Assembly: GCA_039029455.1 (NCBI GenBank)
Contig: JBCCGE010000001.1
Span: 90,136-154,135, forward strand
Length of the DNA: 64,000 nucleotides
DNA from: Pseudomonadota bacterium
GTDB taxonomy: Bacteria > Pseudomonadota > Gammaproteobacteria > Arenicellales > Poriferihabitantaceae
Direction of reading: 5' to 3'
Below, piece by piece: positions 1 to 8,929 of the stretch. Numbering within the stretch: position 1 is the stretch's first letter; each line of letters opens with the position of its first letter. The notes below the pieces were generated by a model that was not told where the DNA came from, did no database searches, and worked only from the letters and a program-made list of their open reading frames with translations. A program made the translations under genes and the position numbers.

Positions 1-2
1 AC

Positions 3-137
3 AATCTGGTTCGGTACATCGAAGAAGGGTCGGTCAAACCCGTCCTGGCAGCGACTTACCCACTGGAACAGTTGCACGAGGCGCAGGCGGCATTTATTGA
101 GAAGAAACACACCGGCAATATCGTCGTCTGTCCGTGA
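3..137 (+). CDS. 3' end of a zinc-binding alcohol dehydrogenase/quinone oxidoreductase (MDR superfamily), truncated by window start
   Basis: Manual translation NLVRYIEEGSVKPVLAATYPLEQLHEAQAAFIEKKHTGNIVV matches the typical MDR C-terminus; TGA at 135-137 overlaps the next GTG start. Confidence 0.75.
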   Translation, partial: NLVRYIEEGSVKPVLAATYPLEQLHEAQAAFIEKKHTGNIVVCP

Positions 138-1249
138 AGATCACCCGGATTCGTGTCTACCAGACCGACCTGCCGTACGTAGGTGGCGCCTATGTTTGGG
201 GCGCGGGTAATGCAATTGAGGTAGCGCGGGCATCGGTTGTCGTCATCGATACTGACTCAGGTCTTCAGGGATGCGGCGAATTCACGCCATGTGGCGAAAA
301 TTACATGGTCGCTCATTCTGAGGGTGTGCCGGCTCTGGCAAGACTGGTGGCACCGCATCTGATCGGAGAAGATCCTCGTCAGGTGTATCGGATCGAGCGA
401 CTCATGGATCACAAGGTGCAGGGACACGGTTACGCAAAGGCACCGTTTGACGCCGCTTGCTGGGATATTCTGGGAAAAACTTCGGATCAGCCGGTGTGGA
501 TGATGCTGGGCGGAAAACTCACCCACGGTGCACCAATGTATCGGGTGGCACCGCAAAAGGCGACCGACGAAACCATCGAAGAAATGAGTCGATACCGGGA
601 ACAGGGATATCGGCAGTTTCAAATCAAAGTCGGTGCAGACTGGAGCGCAGATGTCGACCGCATCAGAGATACGGTAGCCCTGCTGCAGTCGGGTGAAAAA
701 GCAATGGCCGACGCCAATCAGGGCTGGCGGGTAGATAACGCTATTCGGGTAGCACGGTCAACACGGGATCTGGATTTCATCCTTGAGCAGCCCTGCCAGA
801 CCTATGAGGAATGTCAGCAGGTTCGACGCGTGGCCGAGCAGCCGATGAAGCTCGATGAATGTATTACCGGAATTCTCGCTGCTCAGCGCGTGGTTGCCGA
901 TCGCGGCGCTGAAATCTGCTGCCTGAAAATTTCCAACCTTGGCGGTCTCTCGAAGGCTCGCCGAGTCCGCGATTATCTGGTCGAAAATCGCATACCGGTG
1001 GTGAGTGAGGATACCTGGGGAGGAGAAATCACGACCTCAGTCGTCGCCCACTTTGCTGCATCGACACCTCAAGAGTATCTCCAGAATACGACTGACCTTA
1101 TGAACTACAACACGCGCTCAACCGGTGTTGGCGGACCGATCGTAAACAACGGCAAACTGTTCGCCACTGACACGCCGGGACTTGGTGTCGTGCCCGACTT
1201 TGAAAGCCTGGGAGATCCGGTGCTCTCATTTGGAACAATCGATGAATAA
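134..1249 (+). CDS. Enolase-superfamily enzyme (mandelate racemase/muconate lactonizing family), similar to hydroxyproline/proline-betaine epimerase-dehydratase subgroups
   Basis: FQIK catalytic Lys, metal ligands in DANQGW, EQPC and DE, KISNLGGL; N-terminal capping domain with AKAPFDAACWDILGK. Confidence 0.85.
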   Translation: MKITRIRVYQTDLPYVGGAYVWGAGNAIEVARASVVVIDTDSGLQGCGEFTPCGENYMVAHSEGVPALARLVAPHLIGEDPRQVYRIERLMDHKVQGHGYAKAPFDAACWDILGKTSDQPVWMMLGGKLTHGAPMYRVAPQKATDETIEEMSRYREQGYRQFQIKVGADWSADVDRIRDTVALLQSGEKAMADANQGWRVDNAIRVARSTRDLDFILEQPCQTYEECQQVRRVAEQPMKLDECITGILAAQRVVADRGAEICCLKISNLGGLSKARRVRDYLVENRIPVVSEDTWGGEITTSVVAHFAASTPQEYLQNTTDLMNYNTRSTGVGGPIVNNGKLFATDTPGLGVVPDFESLGDPVLSFGTIDE

Positions 1250-2522
1250 AATCCGAACTCAGCAGGAGTGGGTAGAGCGTGCTCGACAGGTGCTGCCCGC
1301 GGGCGGCTTTGGGAATTTCGATCCGGGAAGTATTATTGCCCGGGGACAGGGCAGTCACGTCTGGGATGAAGACGGTAGCGAATACATCGACTACCTGATT
1401 GGTTCCGGACCGATGCTTCTGGGTCATGGACATCCGGAAGTTCTTGAATCCGTTCTCGAGCAGTTGCCTCAGGGCATGACGTTTTTTGCCAACAATGCAA
1501 AAGGAATTGAGCTTGCGGAGGCAATTTGCGATGCGGTTCCGTGTTGTGAAATGGTTCGCTATGTTGCGTCGGGAGGGGAGGCGGATATGTACGCCATTCG
1601 TCTTGCCCGCGCGTATACCGGACGCAGCAAGCTGATCAAATTTGAAGGCGGCTACCACGGCATGAGCGCCGAGGCACAAATGAGTCTGGCGCCGTCGACT
1701 GAAGTGGATTTTCCACAGGCTGTTCCGGACAGCGCTGGGATACCGCAGGGCGTCGGTGATCAGATGCTGATCGCGCCGTTTAATGACTTGTCCGCAGTAG
1801 AGGCTCTTCTAACTGAACACCGAGATGTGGCGGCGATTATTGCAGAGCCGTTGCAGCGCATCATCCCGGCAAAACCGGGCTTCCTGGCGGGTTTGCGAGA
1901 TCTGTGCAACCAGCATCATGTGCTTTTGATTTTCGATGAAATTGTCACCGGTTTCAGGCTGGCATACGGCGGTGCTCAGGAGCGTTACGGTGTTGTGCCT
2001 GATATCTGCACTTTGGGCAAGATTATCGGAGGAGGGTTTGCTCTGGCTGCCGTGGGCGCGAGTGCCGAAATTATGCAGCATTTTGACAAGACTCGGGTTG
2101 GTGGCGAAAACTGGTTGATGCAGCTGGGTACACTATCGGGTAACCCGGTAGCGTCGGCCGCGGGACTGAAAACGATGGAAATTCTCAGGCGCGACAACGC
2201 TTACGAAAAATTGCATGCGAACGGGGCGGCGTTGCAGAAGATGCAGATCGATGCCTTAACCGACGTTGGCGTTGCGCACCGGATTTGCGGTGACCCGTCT
2301 TTGTTCGATGTTCTCTTTACTGACGAAGACTGTGTCGATTACCGCAGTGCAAAGCACCAGATTCCCGAACGGGGAATCGTTTACAACCGGATTCTTCGAG
2401 AAAACGGCGTCTTTAAATCACCAGCGAAGGTCTACCCCTCACTCGCCCTTACCGACGAGGATCTTGCCCGGACAAAAGCGGCCGTGATTCGCGCCGCAGA
2501 GGCTGTCGCGAACGTGTCATAG
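1242..2522 (+). CDS. Class III PLP aminotransferase, glutamate-1-semialdehyde 2,1-aminomutase-like
   Basis: FEGGYHG, IFDEIVTGFR, DICTLGKIIGGG (PLP lysine), GTLSGNP; ATG 1242 overlaps the upstream stop (ORF track starts at 1182). Confidence 0.85.
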   Translation: MNKIRTQQEWVERARQVLPAGGFGNFDPGSIIARGQGSHVWDEDGSEYIDYLIGSGPMLLGHGHPEVLESVLEQLPQGMTFFANNAKGIELAEAICDAVPCCEMVRYVASGGEADMYAIRLARAYTGRSKLIKFEGGYHGMSAEAQMSLAPSTEVDFPQAVPDSAGIPQGVGDQMLIAPFNDLSAVEALLTEHRDVAAIIAEPLQRIIPAKPGFLAGLRDLCNQHHVLLIFDEIVTGFRLAYGGAQERYGVVPDICTLGKIIGGGFALAAVGASAEIMQHFDKTRVGGENWLMQLGTLSGNPVASAAGLKTMEILRRDNAYEKLHANGAALQKMQIDALTDVGVAHRICGDPSLFDVLFTDEDCVDYRSAKHQIPERGIVYNRILRENGVFKSPAKVYPSLALTDEDLARTKAAVIRAAEAVANVS

Positions 2523-2820
2523 CGACGGCAATTCTGCCGCCCGCAACAAAATAGTTAGTGTGTCGGTTTGCTACCGCCGTCCCACAGCCCCCCGTCATTT
2601 CGAGCCGAAGGCGCGGAAATCTCGAGAAGCAGACGGGGTCTCTATCTTTGCAAATCATCCGGACAGCATTGCCGCTTTGCGATGCTCTTCGCAATGATGC
2701 AGCGGAGAGTTTTTTGGGGTTGCAGTATTCTCTGAATACTTAAAAAGTCTTTTTCTGTTGCAGAGTGAGACCGGCTCAAATCGTGTAGAATCGCGCGCTC
2801 AGAATCCATCCGACTCCACA

Positions 2821-3207
2821 ATGTTTTTGGTTCAGCGTCTGGCAGAGGAAAAAATCAAATCTGCAATAGACAGGGGAGAGATGGATGGTCTTCCCGGACA
2901 AGGGAAGCCCCTTAAGCTGGACGACAATTCGTGTGTGCCGCCGGAATTACGGGCGGGGTTTCGAGTATTAAAAAATGCCGGCTACATCCCGGCCGAATTG
3001 CAGGTAAGACGCGAAATCGAAGATGCGGAATCTCTGCTTCTTCATGTTGAGTCTGAATCGGATGCTCGGCGTATTGTTCAGAAAATCAGTCTGCTGAAAT
3101 CTCGACTGTCGACAACAGGCCGCGAGTCCAGCCTTGCTCTGCAGGATCACGAATATCGGCAAAAACTGTTCCGAAAGCTTGAGTCAAGAGAACCAGGTTC
3201 AGCATAG
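2821..3207 (+). CDS. DUF1992 / DnaJ-associated domain protein (YhdN-like)
   Basis: AEEKIKSAIDRGEMDGLPGQGKPL and LKNAGYIP motifs; ATG at 2821 chosen. Confidence 0.8.
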   Translation: MFLVQRLAEEKIKSAIDRGEMDGLPGQGKPLKLDDNSCVPPELRAGFRVLKNAGYIPAELQVRREIEDAESLLLHVESESDARRIVQKISLLKSRLSTTGRESSLALQDHEYRQKLFRKLESREPGSA

Positions 3208-3294
3208 GGCAAATCCACAATGCGTGTGTCACGATTTGAAGAGAAGCGTTCTGCGTTCTACAATTAATTTTTTGAATCTGTCGCCTTCTATTTT

Positions 3295-3795
3295 ATGTAT
3301 CTTGGTCTGCTCACCCTGTCCCTGACTGTATTCTGGCTTGTTCTCTCCGGTTACTGGGACAATCCGTTGATACTTGGACTTGGCGTCGTTTCTATCGGCT
3401 TATGTGTCTGGATTGCAGTCAGGATACGACGACACTACAGACTTTATTCAGCACTCCCGATTCTGACCCAGATGCCGGCCTATACGGCCTGGCTTGCAAT
3501 GGAAATTGTGAAGTCAAATCTTATGGTGATCAAGCATATCTGGTTCTCTGACTCACACCCCATTACCCCAACGGTGAGACGGATCCGGATGCTGCAGAAA
3601 ACGCCTCTCGGTCAGACCATATTCGCCAATTCCATCACCCTGACGCCTGGCACAGTGTCGTTTCGTATCGACGGCGATCACGTCGTGGTTCATGGCGTGA
3701 TGCAGGACGCTGTCGATGATCTGCAGGACGGTGATATGAATCAGCGAGTTGCTCGACTGGAAGGCAAGGCGCTGGAAAGACTGGAGGCAAGATGA
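3295..3795 (+). CDS. mrpE: Mrp/Mnh Na+/H+ antiporter subunit E
   Basis: EIVKSN...V and FANSITLTPGT signature; first gene of an overlapping operon. Confidence 0.9.
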   Translation: MYLGLLTLSLTVFWLVLSGYWDNPLILGLGVVSIGLCVWIAVRIRRHYRLYSALPILTQMPAYTAWLAMEIVKSNLMVIKHIWFSDSHPITPTVRRIRMLQKTPLGQTIFANSITLTPGTVSFRIDGDHVVVHGVMQDAVDDLQDGDMNQRVARLEGKALERLEAR

Positions 3796-4067
3796 TTTTC
3801 GCCATCGCCGCGTGTGCGCTTCTGGTCGTAATGCTGCTCGCTCTGGTGCGGGCTTTTTCTGGTCCGAAGATTTACGACCGGGTTCTGGCGGTAAACATGT
3901 TCGGCACCAAGACCGTTTTACTGATTGCGGTTTATGGATTCCTTACGGAGCGTCCGGAGTTTCTCGATTTGTCGATCTTCTATGCCCTGATCAATTTTGT
4001 TGGCGTCATCGCAGTACTCAACTTTGTTGAGAGACTGGACGATACCGACGAAATAGAGGAGCGCTAG
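3792..4067 (+). CDS. mrpF: Mrp antiporter subunit F
   Basis: GP...DRVLAVN motif, three hydrophobic segments, ATGA overlap. Confidence 0.9.
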   Translation: MIFAIAACALLVVMLLALVRAFSGPKIYDRVLAVNMFGTKTVLLIAVYGFLTERPEFLDLSIFYALINFVGVIAVLNFVERLDDTDEIEER

Positions 4068-4068
4068 A

Positions 4069-4395
4069 ATGGTACTGGACGCGCTGACGTGGTTTTTCCT
4101 GCTGACTGGATCATTTTTAGGTATTACCGGCGCATGGGGAATTATTAAATTTCCCGATTTTTACTCTCGCGTCCATGCTGCAAGTATCACCGACACTCTC
4201 TGTGCTTCGTGTTTCGTGCTCGGGTTGATCTGCCAAAGTGGCTTCAGTCTGGTTTCGGTCAAACTCATACTGGTGCTTCTGCTGTTATTGATAACAGGTC
4301 CTGCAGCAGCCCATGCTCTGGTTAAGGCTGCACATACTGCGGGTCTGAGAGCCCTTACCGGCAAAATTACTCCCTCGATTCGGAGGCAAAAATAG
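4069..4395 (+). CDS. mrpG: Mrp antiporter subunit G
   Basis: GIIKFPDFYSRVHAASITDTL and P.AAHAL motifs. Confidence 0.9.
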   Translation: MVLDALTWFFLLTGSFLGITGAWGIIKFPDFYSRVHAASITDTLCASCFVLGLICQSGFSLVSVKLILVLLLLLITGPAAAHALVKAAHTAGLRALTGKITPSIRRQK

Positions 4396-5366
4396 AACTC
4401 CTCATCAACATCGCATTGCTGACAATGCTGGGAATGACCGCAATCGCGGTTGTCCGGCTGCATCGGTTGTTCGGTGTCGTCATCCTGTTCAGTATTTACA
4501 GCTTGTTAAGTGCCTCGATATTCGTTGCGCTTGATGCCGTTGACGTCGCGTTTACGGAGGCTGCCGTGGGTGCCGGGATTTCTACCGTGTTGATGCTTGC
4601 AACGCTGGTAAAAACAGGGCGAATCGAAAAACGGTCCGGGCGTCATCCTTTGCTGCCGCTTGTTGTGGTGTTAATTACCGGTGCCGCCCTGATCTGGGGT
4701 ACGCAGGATTTACCCGGATTTGGTGATCCGCTGAATCCGGTCCATCAACATGTTGCAGATCGTTATATTGAGCAGTCGCCCATCGAGATTGGAATTCCAA
4801 ACATGGTGACTTCGGTACTGGCGAGCTATCGCGGCTACGACACCATGGGTGAGGTTGTCGTGGTGTTCACCGCACTGGTTGGAGTTTTATCGTTGTTGGG
4901 TTTTTCCGGATCACGCGGAGAAAAATCTACGGCCCGCGGGCCAAATCAACCCACACCAGTGCTGCAGGTGATGGCCATTCCGCTGGTACCGTTTATTTTG
5001 CTGTTTGCGCTGTATGTGCAGTTCCATGGCGACTTTGGGCCAGGCGGTGGTTTTCAGGCGGGTGTGATTTTTGCGGTTGGAATAATACTGTACACCCTGA
5101 CATTCGGACTCGACGAAGCGCTGGCGCTGATACCGGTCTCGGTGGTGAGAATAATTGCTGCTCTCGGTGTGCTGGTTTATGCGGGAACAGGTGTCGTCTC
5201 AATGTTGTCCGGTGGTGCATTCCTCGACTACAGTGTGCTCGCGAAGAGCGCGACCGACGGTCAGCATTACGGCATTCTGATAATCGAGTTAGGCGTTGGA
5301 CTTACTGTGGCCGCCGTCATGATTTTGATCTTCTTCTCGTTTTACGACAAGGCATTCAGGAAGTGA
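4392..5366 (+). CDS. mrpB: Mrp antiporter subunit B (DUF4040 plus MnhB domains); start uncertain (ATA 4392 or TTG 4416)
   Basis: DVAFTEAAVGAG, NMVTSVLASYRGYDTMGE, PGGGFQAG motifs; GGAGG at 4382-4386 lies just before ATA 4392. Confidence 0.85.
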   Translation: MELLINIALLTMLGMTAIAVVRLHRLFGVVILFSIYSLLSASIFVALDAVDVAFTEAAVGAGISTVLMLATLVKTGRIEKRSGRHPLLPLVVVLITGAALIWGTQDLPGFGDPLNPVHQHVADRYIEQSPIEIGIPNMVTSVLASYRGYDTMGEVVVVFTALVGVLSLLGFSGSRGEKSTARGPNQPTPVLQVMAIPLVPFILLFALYVQFHGDFGPGGGFQAGVIFAVGIILYTLTFGLDEALALIPVSVVRIIAALGVLVYAGTGVVSMLSGGAFLDYSVLAKSATDGQHYGILIIELGVGLTVAAVMILIFFSFYDKAFRK

Positions 5367-5731
5367 GCGAACTCTTCAGTCTTTTCAATTACTGGGTTGT
5401 CGTCTTTCTGATGATGTGCGGCTTCTACACCGTGATCGCAAGTGGCAATCTGGTCAAGAAGATCATTGGTCTTAATATTTTTCAAACCTCCGTCTTCATT
5501 ATGTACATTAGTGTAGGCAAGGTCACCGATGGAACTGCGCCGATCGTTTCAGCCGATTTTTCCGTCTATTCGAATCCCTTGCCTCACGTATTGATTCTGA
5601 CCGCCATTGTGGTCGGTGTGGCAACAACGGCATTGGGTCTGTCACTGGTGAGTCGCATCAAGGACGCATACGGTTCGGTAGAAGACGACGAGATTCTGGA
5701 CGCTGACAGTGATGAGAGGGGCTCGAAGTGA
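5363..5731 (+). CDS. mrpC: Mrp antiporter subunit C
   Basis: NLVKKIIGL and NPLPHVLILTAIVVG motifs. Confidence 0.9.
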   Translation: MSELFSLFNYWVVVFLMMCGFYTVIASGNLVKKIIGLNIFQTSVFIMYISVGKVTDGTAPIVSADFSVYSNPLPHVLILTAIVVGVATTALGLSLVSRIKDAYGSVEDDEILDADSDERGSK

Positions 5732-7206
5732 TCGCTCACCTGCCTGCGCTGGTTGTTCTGGTGCCACTGCTGGCAGCGCCAATATGTTTCATATTTTCAC
5801 GCTCACCCGCGATCGGCTGGGTGATTACGGTCGTGTCTTCGTGGGTTTCATTTGCCATTGCCTGTGTGATGGCTGTTACTCTGCTCAACGGGGGAGAAAT
5901 TCAGTATGTGTTTGGGGGCTGGGCACCACCCTGGGGAATAGAGTACGTTGTCGACCAGTTGAATCTGCTGGTGGTTCTCGTTGTTACAGGCGTAGCGGCT
6001 GTCATTTTTCCAGCAACGCTGAAAAGTGTTCGGCCAGAGGTTGCAAGTCATCAGTTACCCCTGTTTTTTGTCAGTTTGCTGTTGTGTTTTTCCGGCCTGC
6101 TGGGTATCGCCGTAACCGGTGACGCTTTCAACCTTTTTGTCTTCCTCGAAATTTCGTCGCTTTCCACATATACACTGATCAGCATGGGGAAAGATCGGCG
6201 CGCGCTGACGGCGGCCTTCAACTACCTGATCATGGGCACAATTGGTGCCACTTTTATCCTGATTGCGGTCGGCATACTTTATATGTTGACCGGTACTTTG
6301 AATATGGCGGACCTTGCTGTTCGACTGCCGTCACTGGGCGATTCGAGAGCACTGCAGGTTGCTTTCGCATTCACGATTGTCGGCGTTGGACTCAAGCTTG
6401 CGATGTTTCCGCTGCACTTGTGGTTGCCCAATGCATACGCTTATGCACCTTCAGCGGTGTCGGCATTCATTGCTGCGACCGCGACCAAAGTTGCGGTGTA
6501 CGTCATGATACGGTTTTTGTATTCGATATTTGGCGCCGAGTTTTCATTTTCTGAGATATTCGTGCAGTGGCTTCTGTTGCCGGTTTCGGTTTGCGCAATA
6601 TTGTTTACATCAGTAGTGGCGCTGTTTCAGCATGATGTAAAGCGATTGCTGGCGTATTCGTCTGTTGCACAGATCGGCTACATGCTTCTGGGTATCGCAT
6701 TGGTTAATCAGACCGGTCTGGCTGCCGCCCTGATCCATCTGTTCAACCATGCGTTGATGAAAGGCGCGCTTTTCCTTGCGGTGGCCGCCATGGTGTTTCG
6801 CGTTGGCAGCAGTCACGTCGATCAGCTTCGGGGTATTGGCAGGAAAATGCCATGGACTTCAGCGGCATTTGTTGCAGGTGGACTCAGTATCATCGGAGTC
6901 CCTGCGACGGTCGGGTTCGTCTCGAAATGGTATCTGGTGCTTGCCGCAATTGAAAACGGCTGGTGGTGGATGGCCGCGATTGTGCTGGTCGCATCGCTAA
7001 TTGCCGTAGTATATATCTGGCGCATCGTTGAGCTTGCTTACTTCGCAGATTCCGAGGCCAGCGAAACTGAGGTTAAAGAGGCGCCGTTGATTATTTTGAT
7101 TCCGATCTGGATGCTGGTCGCCAGCAATTTTTATTTCGGTATTCACAGTAGCGTCGTGACGCGATTCGCCGAAGGTGCGGCAGCAATGTTGTGGGGTCAA
7201 GGATAG
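5728..7206 (+). CDS. mrpD: Mrp antiporter subunit D (NuoN/ND2-like)
   Basis: DAFNLFVFLEI, KLAMFPLHLWLPNAY, KRLLAYSS, HALMKGALF. Confidence 0.9.
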   Translation: MIAHLPALVVLVPLLAAPICFIFSRSPAIGWVITVVSSWVSFAIACVMAVTLLNGGEIQYVFGGWAPPWGIEYVVDQLNLLVVLVVTGVAAVIFPATLKSVRPEVASHQLPLFFVSLLLCFSGLLGIAVTGDAFNLFVFLEISSLSTYTLISMGKDRRALTAAFNYLIMGTIGATFILIAVGILYMLTGTLNMADLAVRLPSLGDSRALQVAFAFTIVGVGLKLAMFPLHLWLPNAYAYAPSAVSAFIAATATKVAVYVMIRFLYSIFGAEFSFSEIFVQWLLLPVSVCAILFTSVVALFQHDVKRLLAYSSVAQIGYMLLGIALVNQTGLAAALIHLFNHALMKGALFLAVAAMVFRVGSSHVDQLRGIGRKMPWTSAAFVAGGLSIIGVPATVGFVSKWYLVLAAIENGWWWMAAIVLVASLIAVVYIWRIVELAYFADSEASETEVKEAPLIILIPIWMLVASNFYFGIHSSVVTRFAEGAAAMLWGQG

Positions 7207-7211
7207 GCGCT

Positions 7212-8666
7212 ATGCTGAATCTGCTCATTGCATTCTCCCTGGTCGTCCCTTTAATCGGGGCGGTCGGGATTTTGATTGCAGATAAGAAACCCAATTTGCG
7301 AGAAGCCTGCACGCTGCTGACGTCTGTGGTGTTGTTGTTCGTCGTGGTGAAGATCTTTCTTGCGCTTCGAGGTGGTGAAACCCCGGAGCTCACCTTGTTT
7401 GAACTGCTGCCAGGTCTGGAAATAAAGTTCACGGTCGAGCCGCTGGGGATGCTTTTCGCGCTCGTTGCCGCCATTTTATGGCCGGTCAACTCACTGTATT
7501 CAATCGGCTACATGCGCGGTAACGCCGAGAAGCATCAAACACGTTTCTATTTCTTTTTTGCCATTGCAATATTTGGCGCAATTGGGGTCGCGTTTGCCGG
7601 AAACCTGCTGACACTGTTCCTGTTCTACGAACTGTTGACGTTGTCCACGTTTCCACTGGTTACCCACAAGGGCAATGACAGCGCGAAATCGGGTGGAAGA
7701 GTTTATCTGGGTATTTTGATCTCCACGTCAATCGGCCTGCTGCTGCCCGCGATAATCTGGGTCTGGGAATTGGCGGGCACGACCGATTTTCAAGCCGGGG
7801 GGGTAGTACCGCAATATGTTGAAGGCGGAACGGTTTTTGTGCTCGCGATGCTGTTTGTTTTTGGAATCGGCAAAGCAGGCGTCATGCCGGTGCATCGATG
7901 GTTGCCTGCTGCGATGGTGGCGCCAACACCTGTCAGTGCGTTACTGCACGCAGTAGCTGTCGTAAAGGCCGGCGTATTTAGCGTAGTCAAAGTCGTTGTC
8001 TATGTATTTGGCATCGACACTCTGGGTGCAGAACCATCAGTAGACTGGCTGCTCTGGTTTGCGCTTTTTACAATTGTTGCTGCATCCACAGTTGCTTTAC
8101 GACAGGACAACTTAAAGAAACGACTGGCGTATTCCACAATCAGTCAGTTGTCTTATGTCGTTATGGGTGCACTTATTCTGGTGCCGTTGTCTGTCACCGG
8201 GGCAGCTCTGCATATCATCGCCCACGCCTTTGGAAAAATCACACTGTTTTTTGCCGCAGGATCGATTTACACCAGTAGTAAAAAAACTGAAATCAGTCAA
8301 TTGAATGGTATTGGGCGACGAATGCCGTGGACTATGGCAGCGTTTACCGTAGGTGCACTGTCGATGATCGGTATTCCTCCGGCCGCCGGGTTTCTTTCAA
8401 AATGGTACTTACTGTCCGGCGCAATCGCAGCTGATCAGTATATTGCTGTATTGGTTATATTTATTTCGACTTTGCTGAATACAGCATACTTCGCGCCGAT
8501 CGTATACGCGGCTTATTTTAAACGCGATCGCTCTGATACGATGCTGAACTATGGCGAGGCACCATTACCTGCGGTAGTCGCACTCTGTTTTACTGCGTTG
8601 CTGACTATCACCCTGTTTTTTTTCCCGCAAACCGTATTTGAACTGATTCAAATGATCGAAACATGA
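7212..8666 (+). CDS. Second MrpD/A-like antiporter subunit
   Basis: FLFYELLTL, KAGVMPVHRWLPAAMVAPTPVSALLHA, KKRLAYST; ATG 7212 chosen. Confidence 0.85.
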   Translation: MLNLLIAFSLVVPLIGAVGILIADKKPNLREACTLLTSVVLLFVVVKIFLALRGGETPELTLFELLPGLEIKFTVEPLGMLFALVAAILWPVNSLYSIGYMRGNAEKHQTRFYFFFAIAIFGAIGVAFAGNLLTLFLFYELLTLSTFPLVTHKGNDSAKSGGRVYLGILISTSIGLLLPAIIWVWELAGTTDFQAGGVVPQYVEGGTVFVLAMLFVFGIGKAGVMPVHRWLPAAMVAPTPVSALLHAVAVVKAGVFSVVKVVVYVFGIDTLGAEPSVDWLLWFALFTIVAASTVALRQDNLKKRLAYSTISQLSYVVMGALILVPLSVTGAALHIIAHAFGKITLFFAAGSIYTSSKKTEISQLNGIGRRMPWTMAAFTVGALSMIGIPPAAGFLSKWYLLSGAIAADQYIAVLVIFISTLLNTAYFAPIVYAAYFKRDRSDTMLNYGEAPLPAVVALCFTALLTITLFFFPQTVFELIQMIET

Positions 8667-8929
8667 TTAACGATGAGGATAAACACTGGCTTTACCGATC
8701 CACTAGTTTGCCAAAACTTTGGATGATCCAGATTTTGATTCTGGTGATAGCGGTCATTCCGGAATTTTTTGTTCATCATCACCCTCATTTTGAGCAGGAG
8801 GGTGTCGCGATCGATACGTCGTTCGGTTTTTTTGCCTGGTACGGCTTTCTGACCTGTGCTGCTATGGTGGTGGGTGCCAAGATACTGGGGATTTTTCTGA
8901 AACGGGAAGACTCGTATTACGATGACTGA
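8663..8929 (+). CDS. Small two-TM membrane protein inside the mrp operon
   Basis: Overlaps both neighbours; two hydrophobic stretches; GF.AWYGF motif. Confidence 0.75.
   Translation: MINDEDKHWLYRSTSLPKLWMIQILILVIAVIPEFFVHHHPHFEQEGVAIDTSFGFFAWYGFLTCAAMVVGAKILGIFLKREDSYYDD

Noticed and set aside
1242-2522. Naming the aminotransferase hemL
   Set aside because: Catabolic-looking operon context and divergence suggest a paralog; orthology cannot be shown by eye.
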